A DNA stretch of 32,000 nt from NCBI GenBank assembly GCA_963699255.1, contig OY969425.1:1500001-1532000 (forward strand), in the 5' to 3' direction. The DNA comes from an uncultured bacterium (GTDB lineage: Bacteria; Margulisbacteria; WOR-1; CAVSGV01). The notes below the pieces were generated by a model that was not told where the DNA came from, did not search any database, and worked only from the letters and a program-made list of their open reading frames with translations. The translations under genes were made by a program, and so were the position numbers. Positions 25,188 through 32,000 of the stretch are shown one piece after another (position 1 is the stretch's first letter; every line of letters starts with the position of its first letter).

Positions 25188-27101
25188 TCACTTACCGATC
25201 AGTATCCCGTTGCTGACGGCCCTCTCGGCCCCGTTGCTGGGAGTATTTATCACATCGCCCTTTAAGACCATTACCGACGAGCTGCCGCCGTCCAGATTCA
25301 TCGCATCCACGCATCCAAGGTCCTTCATTATCTGCGCCAGCTCTTCCAGGGTCGCGCCCGCGCTTTTTGCGGAAGTTGCGCTCTGACCGCATTTATCAAC
25401 TGTAACGAAGACCAGGTTACCTTCCTTGTTTATACCCACCGCCGTCCTTGCCGCGCGGCTTTTCGCGATGTCGTTCTTGAACCGTTCGCTGTTCCTTGAA
25501 ATGTATATCTGACCGGACTTTAACAGGCGCGGACCTCCGCCGATGACGTGCTTGATCTCAAGGTTCGTGAGGCCGGAGAGCGGCATCAGCTTCAGGGTGG
25601 TGTGTATCCTGCTCCCTATTTTTACCTTGTTCCCAACCGTATTGTAGTAAGTGGGATCAAGGGATATCGCGTATCCGTCCTTTGGTATCCAGGCCCGGGC
25701 CCTGCTGATATCCTTCACTTCGTCGCCGACCACGGAGAGAACAATGCCGGGGTTGTCCTCATTGGTCTGGCTTCCGTATCTGGGCGTGTAGATGACGGCT
25801 TCGCCCAGGTTGCGCCTGTCGTTTATGCCCGCCAGCTGGATGATGACGCCTTCCAATGAAATTTCGCCCGAGAGTGAAACATTGTCGATGAAGCAGCGGT
25901 TGTTCCTGTCGATGATAAGGGCCGTCCTGTCATTTATCGAATATGACACAAGTTCTCCGTTCATCATTATAACGCCCAGGGGCTCCCCCGAAGAGCCGAA
26001 GAACGTGCCGTTGATCCCCGCGATGGCGTCGGCGTCGTGGACCATGTTGCTTATCTTATCCATGCGGTATCTGGCCTGCTCTTCTCTTGTCCAAAAAGTG
26101 AACAGCGACCCTATCATGCCGATAAAATTCGGCGGCTCCTCTTTTTTCTGCGAAAGGTAGGGATATACATTAAGGAGGGTCTGGTCCACGATCAATCCGT
26201 TTACGGTAACGGGCCCTTCTTCTGTGCCTTTAAGCATTTTCACGTATCTTAAGCCGGTGGAAATGTCTTTCGCCGCGATGGTCGATCTTGAAGCCCTGTC
26301 GAATTCAACTATCAGGCTGGCGGGGTTATCGATCTTGTAGATCTGGTAAAAAGAAGGATAGGTCTGGAAAATGCTTATCAGAGTGGATGTTCCCGCCTGG
26401 TCTATGCCCACTTTCGGGATAAGCTTGTCTTTTGTCACGATCTTCCGGCTTTTTATGATCGAATTCGTGTTCGGCAGTTCGATCATCAGCCCTCCTTCCA
26501 GAGTGGTGACTATATAAGGGACGAAACTCGAGAGGCTTACGACTATCTTGAACTTTTCCGGAAGCGACCTGGTGTATATTTTTTCTATTTCGGGAACATT
26601 TATCTTCGGGATGGTCATCTTTGACAGCTCCCTGAATTCGATGACGAGCCTGTTCGGGTTCTTCAGGGCGTATATGCTGCTTTTTGTAAGGTACCTGAAT
26701 TGAGCGGTCATCTCGCACGTCCCGTTCCTGTCCTCCACGTTCAGGCTGTCCAGTATCCTGGTCGGTATGCTTTTCTGGGCCGAAGGATTCCACGCCAGGT
26801 CCGGTATGGTTATGACGGTGTACGAATTCCCCTTGTTCACCCTGTATTTGACAGGATTGCTTACTTCAAGGACAAGCTTTAACAGCCAGCCTTTCTCCAC
26901 ATACTTCAACCTGGTAAGGGTTGCCGCGCCTGCATTGGAAGAAAGGAGGAACAGGAGAACCAACAATATGAGTAGGGACAGCCCTTGTGGCTGTCCGAAT
27001 TCGCGGACGGGGACAAGCCCCGTCCCTACATTCTTCCTCGATCCATTGTGGGGATTTTCCTTGTCGCAGGTTTCCGAGTTTCTTATTCTCATCATCCTCA
27101 A
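25188..27101 (-). CDS. Secreted AMIN-domain + phosphodiester glycosidase (NAGPA-like) protein
   Basis: AMIN-like repeats (VIEFRELS, LIVEFDRAS) and C-terminal GINGTFFGSSGEPLGVIMMNGEL...GGGPRLLKSG...ARTAVGINKEGNLVFVTVD...MNLDGGSSSVMVLKG. Confidence 0.85.
   Translation of the reverse strand: MRMMRIRNSETCDKENPHNGSRKNVGTGLVPVREFGQPQGLSLLILLVLLFLLSSNAGAATLTRLKYVEKGWLLKLVLEVSNPVKYRVNKGNSYTVITIPDLAWNPSAQKSIPTRILDSLNVEDRNGTCEMTAQFRYLTKSSIYALKNPNRLVIEFRELSKMTIPKINVPEIEKIYTRSLPEKFKIVVSLSSFVPYIVTTLEGGLMIELPNTNSIIKSRKIVTKDKLIPKVGIDQAGTSTLISIFQTYPSFYQIYKIDNPASLIVEFDRASRSTIAAKDISTGLRYVKMLKGTEEGPVTVNGLIVDQTLLNVYPYLSQKKEEPPNFIGMIGSLFTFWTREEQARYRMDKISNMVHDADAIAGINGTFFGSSGEPLGVIMMNGELVSYSINDRTALIIDRNNRCFIDNVSLSGEISLEGVIIQLAGINDRRNLGEAVIYTPRYGSQTNEDNPGIVLSVVGDEVKDISRARAWIPKDGYAISLDPTYYNTVGNKVKIGSRIHTTLKLMPLSGLTNLEIKHVIGGGPRLLKSGQIYISRNSERFKNDIAKSRAARTAVGINKEGNLVFVTVDKCGQSATSAKSAGATLEELAQIMKDLGCVDAMNLDGGSSSVMVLKGDVINTPSNGAERAVSNGILIGK
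26972..27029. repeat. 58-bp compound palindromic (REP/BIME-like) element overlapping the 5' end of the glycosidase CDS
   Basis: GTAGGGACAGCCCTTGTGGCTGTCCGAATTCGCGGACGGGGACAAGCCCCGTCCCTAC: two internal hairpins with terminal GTAGGGAC/GTCCCTAC. Confidence 0.85.
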
Positions 27102-27937
27102 TTTCCCTTCAGCTTATTGATGACGTTCTCTATCACGTCGGCAGGCGTTGACGCACCGGCGGTCAGCCCGATAATGTCAAAACCCTTCAGAAGGTTCAGG
27201 TCCAGGGTGTCCGCGGAATCTATCTGATAGGTTTTCGCTCCCGTTTCCTCGCAGAGCTCTTTCAGTCTCCTGGTGTTCGCGCTCTTGCCGTCGCCTATGA
27301 CAAGCATTATTTCCGACCGTTTCGCGACTTCGACCGCGGACCTCTGCATCTTATTGGTGGCTTCACAGATCGTATTGAACATCTTCAGCTCGTTCGTTTT
27401 GCCCGCGAGGGCGTTCACAACATCCTCGAAGTGGCTGGCGGACTGAGTTGTCTGGGCTATGACGGCCATCTTGTCGTGGAACGCCACCTTTTTAACGTCC
27501 TTTACGTTCTCTATGACCTGCGCCTTGTTGCCTGAAAAACCCATTATTCCGGCGACCTCGGCGTGGTTCCTGTCGCCGACGATCACAAGGTGGTATCCGT
27601 TCTCAACGAGCTGCTTCGCGAGCAGCTGGGGCTTCTTTACCCACGGGCAGGTCGTATCGATTATCTTGAGGCCTGTCTTTTGCGCCTTCTCATATGCATC
27701 GGGAGGCAGGCCGTGCGCGCTAATGATAAGGTAGCCTGAAGCGCCTTTAGGTATCTCTTTAATGTCTTTTACAGTTTGAATTCCCTTTGCCTTAAGCTCA
27801 TCGATCACTTTCTGGTTGTGGACGAGGTAGCCGAGCATGTAGACGGGCTCCCCGTGTTTGGCGGTCTTTAACGCCAGGTTGTAAGCGCGGTTCACTCCTG
27901 TGCAGAAACCGAGGTATTTGGCCAATAAAAGCTTCAT
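27098..27937 (-). CDS. ispH: 4-hydroxy-3-methylbut-2-enyl diphosphate reductase
   Basis: GFCTGVNRAYNLAL, DTTCPWVKKPQLLAK, GLTAGASTP. Confidence 0.96.
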   Translation of the reverse strand: MKLLLAKYLGFCTGVNRAYNLALKTAKHGEPVYMLGYLVHNQKVIDELKAKGIQTVKDIKEIPKGASGYLIISAHGLPPDAYEKAQKTGLKIIDTTCPWVKKPQLLAKQLVENGYHLVIVGDRNHAEVAGIMGFSGNKAQVIENVKDVKKVAFHDKMAVIAQTTQSASHFEDVVNALAGKTNELKMFNTICEATNKMQRSAVEVAKRSEIMLVIGDGKSANTRRLKELCEETGAKTYQIDSADTLDLNLLKGFDIIGLTAGASTPADVIENVINKLKGN

Positions 27938-29103
27938 TTAAAGGAGATGCCCTCTTTTTTCATGCGGGAAATGGCTTCTCTGATCTTTTCCTTGTCCTCC
28001 GTGATCGAAGCCCTGAAGTAGCCTTCTCCGTACCTGCCGTAGCCCGATCCGGGAACAACAAGCACGCCCGTTTTTTCGAGGAGATGCTTCACGAAGCTTG
28101 AAGACGTAAAGGATGCCGGCACCGGCGCCCAGACATAGAACGTGGCTTTAGGGTATTCCATGTTCCACCCGAGCCCGTTGAGGCCGTCCACGAGGATGTT
28201 CCTTCTCTCCGTGTAGATCATGTTCATTCTGTCTATCTCTTTTTGCGGGCCGTTAAGGGCTTCAACGCCCGCGAGCTGTATGGCTTTGAATATGCCTGAG
28301 TCGACGTTCGTTTTTATTATGGAAAGCGCGGAGATCGCGTAGCTTGAGCCCACGGCCATCCCGATCCTCCAGCCCGTCATGTTGTATGTCTTCGACAGGG
28401 AATGGAATTCCACGGCGACGTCTTTCGCGCCCGGTATCTCAAGAACGCTCATGGCCCTGTATCCGTCAAAAGTGACCTCGGAATAGGCGAGGTCGGAGCA
28501 GAGCAGAATGTTGTTCTTCCTGCAGAAAGCCACCGCTTCTTCCAGGAAGCCTCTGCCCGCGACGGCCGACGTAGGATTGTTCGGATAATTAATGAACATC
28601 AGTTTTGCCTTTTTAATTATTTCTTTGTCGATCGACTTGAGGTCGGGAATGAAGCTGTTCGATTTGAGCAGCGGCATCGAATAGGGGACGCCGCCGGCGA
28701 GTATCGTGGCCACGCTATAGACCGGATATCCGGGATCCGGTATGAGCGCGTGGTCTCCCGGGTCCATGAATGCCAAGAAGGTGTGGGCTATCCCTTCTTT
28801 CGAGCCGATGAGGGAAAGGACCTCTGTTTCAGGGTCAAGGTCCACGTTGAACCTTTTCTTGTACCATTTCGCGGCCGCAACTCTAAACTCCCTTATACCT
28901 TCGTAAGGCGGGTAATTGTGCGTCCTGGGATCATTGACCGCCTTATGGAATTTTTTCAGTATCCTTTTGGGGGTCGGCTGATCCGGATCGCCAATGCCCA
29001 GATCTATCACTTTTACCCCGCTGGAGATCAGCTCCGTTTTTTTCCTGTCTATTTCCGCGAATAAATACGGCGGAACGTTCAATATCCTGTTCGCTTTTCT
29101 CAT
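27934..29103 (-). CDS. dapL: LL-diaminopimelate aminotransferase (class I/II aminotransferase)
   Basis: VIDLGIGDPDQPTP, NYPPYEGIREFR, FHSLSKTYNMTGWRIG; adjacent to dapF. Confidence 0.9.
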   Translation of the reverse strand: MRKANRILNVPPYLFAEIDRKKTELISSGVKVIDLGIGDPDQPTPKRILKKFHKAVNDPRTHNYPPYEGIREFRVAAAKWYKKRFNVDLDPETEVLSLIGSKEGIAHTFLAFMDPGDHALIPDPGYPVYSVATILAGGVPYSMPLLKSNSFIPDLKSIDKEIIKKAKLMFINYPNNPTSAVAGRGFLEEAVAFCRKNNILLCSDLAYSEVTFDGYRAMSVLEIPGAKDVAVEFHSLSKTYNMTGWRIGMAVGSSYAISALSIIKTNVDSGIFKAIQLAGVEALNGPQKEIDRMNMIYTERRNILVDGLNGLGWNMEYPKATFYVWAPVPASFTSSSFVKHLLEKTGVLVVPGSGYGRYGEGYFRASITEDKEKIREAISRMKKEGISFK

Positions 29104-29894
29104 GATATTTCCCCTTCAAAGACGGTTTCAGCCGGGCCCCTCATTATTACGTGCTCGTCTTCCTGCCATTCAATGTCGAGAGATCCTCCCGGCAGCCTTA
29201 TCAGCACGTCCCTTTCGAATTTTCCCTGTGTCACTCCGGCGACGACAGCGGCGCACGCGCCGGTCCCGCAGGCGAGAGTTTCGCCCGCTCCGCGCTCCCA
29301 GACCTTTACTATGGCCTCTTTTTTGCTTACCGCCTGGACGAATTCCACATTCGTACGGTTCGGGAACATTTTATGCGTTTCGATATCCGGTCCTATTTCA
29401 TCGATAGCAACCCTGCTGACATCATCCACGAAAATCACGCAATGCGGATTGCCCATACTCACCAAAGTGACATCAAAGTCCTTGCCTTCAACTTTTAACT
29501 TCTCACTTTTCACTTTTTTCGGCTTGCCCATGTCCACCTCTACGACCGCGGCCTTGCCTTTATGCTCCAGTATGGACGGGAGCATTATCCCCGCGAGGGT
29601 TTCAACGGATATCATGTCTTTTTTCTTTCCGAGCGTTTCATATATGTATTTCGCGAAGCACCTGATGCCGTTGCCGCACATTTCGGCCTCGCTGCCGTCG
29701 GGATTGAAAACGCTCATCCTGACGTCCGCGGAGGAGGATGTTCCCGCTATCAGAAGATCGTCCGCGCCTATCCCGTAGTGCCTGTCGCACAGCTTAACGG
29801 CGAGCTCGGACAGGTTGAGGCCTTCGAGCGACTCGCTGCGGGAATCGATCAGTATGAAGTCATTTCCGAGAGCATCCATTTTTGTGAATTTCAT
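29100..29894 (-). CDS. dapF: Diaminopimelate epimerase
   Basis: MDALGNDFILIDSR, NPDGSEAEMCGNGIRCFAKY, ERGAGETLACGTGACAAV. Confidence 0.97.
   Translation of the reverse strand: MKFTKMDALGNDFILIDSRSESLEGLNLSELAVKLCDRHYGIGADDLLIAGTSSSADVRMSVFNPDGSEAEMCGNGIRCFAKYIYETLGKKKDMISVETLAGIMLPSILEHKGKAAVVEVDMGKPKKVKSEKLKVEGKDFDVTLVSMGNPHCVIFVDDVSRVAIDEIGPDIETHKMFPNRTNVEFVQAVSKKEAIVKVWERGAGETLACGTGACAAVVAGVTQGKFERDVLIRLPGGSLDIEWQEDEHVIMRGPAETVFEGEIS
29486..29519. repeat. AAAAGTGARAAG low-complexity tract inside dapF
   Basis: Minus strand aaaaaagtgaaaagtgagaagttaaaagttgaag encodes KKVKSEKLKVEG. Confidence 0.5.
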
Positions 29895-30250
29895 TATTTC
29901 ACCGTATAGCTCGCGCAGGTCGTGGCCGATTCATAGACCGTGACCTTCGTGACGTCCGCCTTTTTCGAGATCTGGTCAAAAATATACTTTGCCACGTTCT
30001 CCGACGTGGGATTCACCTTCTTGAAATAAGGTATCACGTTCAGGTTCGTGTGGTCAAGCTTGGACAGGCAGAACTGGAGCAGAAGCCTGATCTCCTTAAA
30101 GTCCCTGACCATCCCGAGACTATTGAGCCTGTCGCTCTTAATGTGTATCTGGACCTTCCACGTGTGCCCGTGAAGCTGCTCGCACGGGCCGTCGTATCCG
30201 ACCAGCTGATGCGCCGCGTCAAAGGTGCCTTCCACCATCAATTCATACAT
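29894..30250 (-). CDS. queD: 6-carboxy-5,6,7,8-tetrahydropterin synthase
   Basis: TFDAAHQLVGYDGPCEQLHGHTWKVQIHI, DFKEIRLLLQ, LDHTNLN, PTSENVAKYIF. Confidence 0.93.
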   Translation of the reverse strand: MYELMVEGTFDAAHQLVGYDGPCEQLHGHTWKVQIHIKSDRLNSLGMVRDFKEIRLLLQFCLSKLDHTNLNVIPYFKKVNPTSENVAKYIFDQISKKADVTKVTVYESATTCASYTVK

Positions 30251-30271
30251 ATTTTGATTTTACCTTCCGCC

Positions 30272-31162
30272 TCAGCCTTTTACAATAGAGATTTCTTCGA
30301 CGTTCGTGACGGGATGTCCAAGCAGGATAGAGCCGAGCTCCTTGAAGCTGGAGCCGGATCCCGTAACGATGAACCTGTGCTTCGGCGGGATATTGGTGGT
30401 GTTCATCATCTTTCCCCTGGTCAATATGTCCCTGGCGGTCCTTGCCGCTTCATCCGCGGGATCTATCAGCGCGACACCGGGGCCGAGTATGCCCCTTATC
30501 GTCTTTATCAGGTGCGGGTAGTGAGTGCAGCCCAGCACCAGGGTATCGATCTTTGCCGCCATCAGGGGCCGAAGGTATTCCTTCAGTACGTTTTCCGTTT
30601 CCTTGGAAGACGCGAAACCGCCTTCTATGAGGGGAACAAGGAGGGGGCAGGCGACGCCGAAAACTTCCGCTTCCTTGTTAAGGCTTTTTATCGCGTTCTG
30701 GTACGCGAAGGAATTGATCGTTCCGACCGTCGCGATGACGCCTATCTTTTTGTTCTGTGTGGCGGTGGCCGCGAGCTTTGCCCCGCCCTCTATCATTCCC
30801 ACCATAGGGACCTTGTATCTGTCCTTCATTACGGGATATGCGATCGCCGACGACGTTCCGCAGGCGATGACTATCAGTTTTACGCCGAAACTCACCAGGA
30901 GATCAAGTATCTCCTTGTTTATTTTCAGTATCTCGCTGTTGGATCTTCCGCCGTAAGGCACCCGGGCGGTATCCGCCAGGTAAATGATGCTTTCTCTGGG
31001 AAGGAGCTTTGTCGTTTTTTCAAAGACCGTAAGCCCTCCGACGCCTGAATCGAACATTCCTATAGAGGAAGACTCCGCCACCGGGGGTTTTTCTGACAGT
31101 TCGGAGATCTTATGGGTCACTTTTCCGGATAATACGTTCCTTACTTGCGAGATCTCTGCCAT
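30272..31162 (-). CDS. murI: Glutamate racemase
   Basis: GMFDSGVGGLTVFEKTTKLLPRESIIYLADTARVPYGGRS, IVIACGTSSA, LVLGCTHYPHL. Confidence 0.96.
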   Translation of the reverse strand: MAEISQVRNVLSGKVTHKISELSEKPPVAESSSIGMFDSGVGGLTVFEKTTKLLPRESIIYLADTARVPYGGRSNSEILKINKEILDLLVSFGVKLIVIACGTSSAIAYPVMKDRYKVPMVGMIEGGAKLAATATQNKKIGVIATVGTINSFAYQNAIKSLNKEAEVFGVACPLLVPLIEGGFASSKETENVLKEYLRPLMAAKIDTLVLGCTHYPHLIKTIRGILGPGVALIDPADEAARTARDILTRGKMMNTTNIPPKHRFIVTGSGSSFKELGSILLGHPVTNVEEISIVKG

Positions 31163-32000
31163 GAACTTATTTTAACATATTCCCGGATGCCTTTATACAT
31201 TCCGTACGCCACCCGGTCCTGGAATTTCGGATCGCATATCAGCCTTTCCTCTCTCGGATTCGTGAGGTAGGCGGCTTCCACGAGGACGGACGGCATTTTT
31301 GTGTGGTGGACCGCGTAGTAGGTGACCTTTTTCACGCCCCTGTTCTTCAGCTTTATCGTCCGGCTAAGGTTCTTCTGCATTATTTTCGCGAACGTCCTGC
31401 TCCGCGGCGTGAAATAGTACGTTTCGCATCCTCCTATCCGCGGCCTCGAGTAGGCGTTCAGATGGACGGCCACAAAGATATCGGCGCGCCTGCTGTTCGC
31501 TATCCTGACGATCTCCCTGTTCCGTATGCTTACATCCCTGGTCCTTGTCATTACGACCTTTGCTCCCGCTTTCTTAAGGAACTTCTCCAGCCTCAGCGCT
31601 ATCTTCAGGGTCAGGATCTTCTCAAAAATGCCGGATTCGCTTATGAATCCCGGATCCCTTCCTCCGTGCCCCGGATCCACGACTATGGTCTTGCCCTGCA
31701 GCGTGAGCGGGATCTTGGATATCTCTACCGGCGGTATGTTCGATATCTCCACCGGCTGTATCTTTTTCACGGGCTTTTCTACTTCTTCGGGAACTTCCTC
31801 GGAGACTTCCGTTACCGGTATCGATAGCGTAGGCGCTTCCTCCACCTCGACGACGGTCGGCTTTTCCATCTTAACCGCCTCCGGAGTCACCGGCCTTATT
31901 TTTTCCGGTCTCACGGCCTCGACGGTTGACGGAGCGCTCGGCGCGACTATTTTCGTGCTTTCGGGCCTGGCCTTCGTGAATTCCAGGATGAATTTGTTCC
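31141..32000 (-). CDS. N-acetylmuramoyl-L-alanine amidase (Amidase_3), partial at window edge
   Basis: IVVDPGHGGRDPG, VMTRTRDVSI, FVAVHLNAY, PSVLVEAAYLTNPREE. The frame stays open to 32000 (NKFILEFTKARPESTKIVAPSAPSTVEAV...), so the ORF-track start at 31914 is probably not the true start. Confidence 0.94.
   Translation of the reverse strand, partial: NKFILEFTKARPESTKIVAPSAPSTVEAVRPEKIRPVTPEAVKMEKPTVVEVEEAPTLSIPVTEVSEEVPEEVEKPVKKIQPVEISNIPPVEISKIPLTLQGKTIVVDPGHGGRDPGFISESGIFEKILTLKIALRLEKFLKKAGAKVVMTRTRDVSIRNREIVRIANSRRADIFVAVHLNAYSRPRIGGCETYYFTPRSRTFAKIMQKNLSRTIKLKNRGVKKVTYYAVHHTKMPSVLVEAAYLTNPREERLICDPKFQDRVAYGMYKGIREYVKISSWQRSRK

Noticed and set aside
28402-29064. 220-aa plus-strand ORF opposite dapL
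   Set aside because: Antisense shadow of a conserved aminotransferase.
30050-31048. 332-aa plus-strand ORF opposite queD/murI
   Set aside because: It crosses two conserved genes on the other strand and has low-complexity, His/Arg-rich composition typical of antisense shadow ORFs.

Overview
This 32 kb window (about 48% G+C by impression) is gene-dense and mostly housekeeping. It comes from an uncultured-looking bacterium; an Omnitrophota-like origin is only an inference from gene content and repeat style.

Identifiable modules:
- cinA C-terminal fragment, pgsA, rimO.
- A minus-strand cassette of a divergent Nramp-like transporter, a 70-aa membrane protein and an MgtE-N/CBS protein.
- A GH16 glucanase, leuS, a JAMM peptidase, lysC, plsY, and tRNA-Pro(GGG).
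- LytM peptidase and bactofilin; rsmI, a DUF2905-like protein, queA, tgt.
- Two mutarotase-fold proteins, a ferredoxin, then a frame-interrupted nrdR, two tandem nrdD genes and a redoxin.
- A minus-strand run of phosphodiester glycosidase, ispH, dapL, dapF, queD, murI and an amidase.

No CRISPR array, transposase, phage gene or recognisable defence system was found.

Most interesting observations:
1. Hairpin and low-complexity repeats lie in frame inside conserved genes (rimO, tgt, the phosphodiester glycosidase, possibly dapF).
2. The Nramp-like transporter has altered metal-site motifs. It sits with a channel-less MgtE-type sensor, and a palindrome fills the promoter spacer.
3. Three decaying tRNA-Pro copies occur in tandem, one interrupted by an inverted repeat.
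4. -10 boxes lie 8-9 nt before ATG at five genes, including a mirror-symmetric divergent promoter, suggesting leaderless transcripts.
5. A promoter with an NrdR-box-like core is followed by three abutting hairpins before a split nrdR and duplicated nrdD.
6. rimO and nrdR each carry an apparent frameshift.
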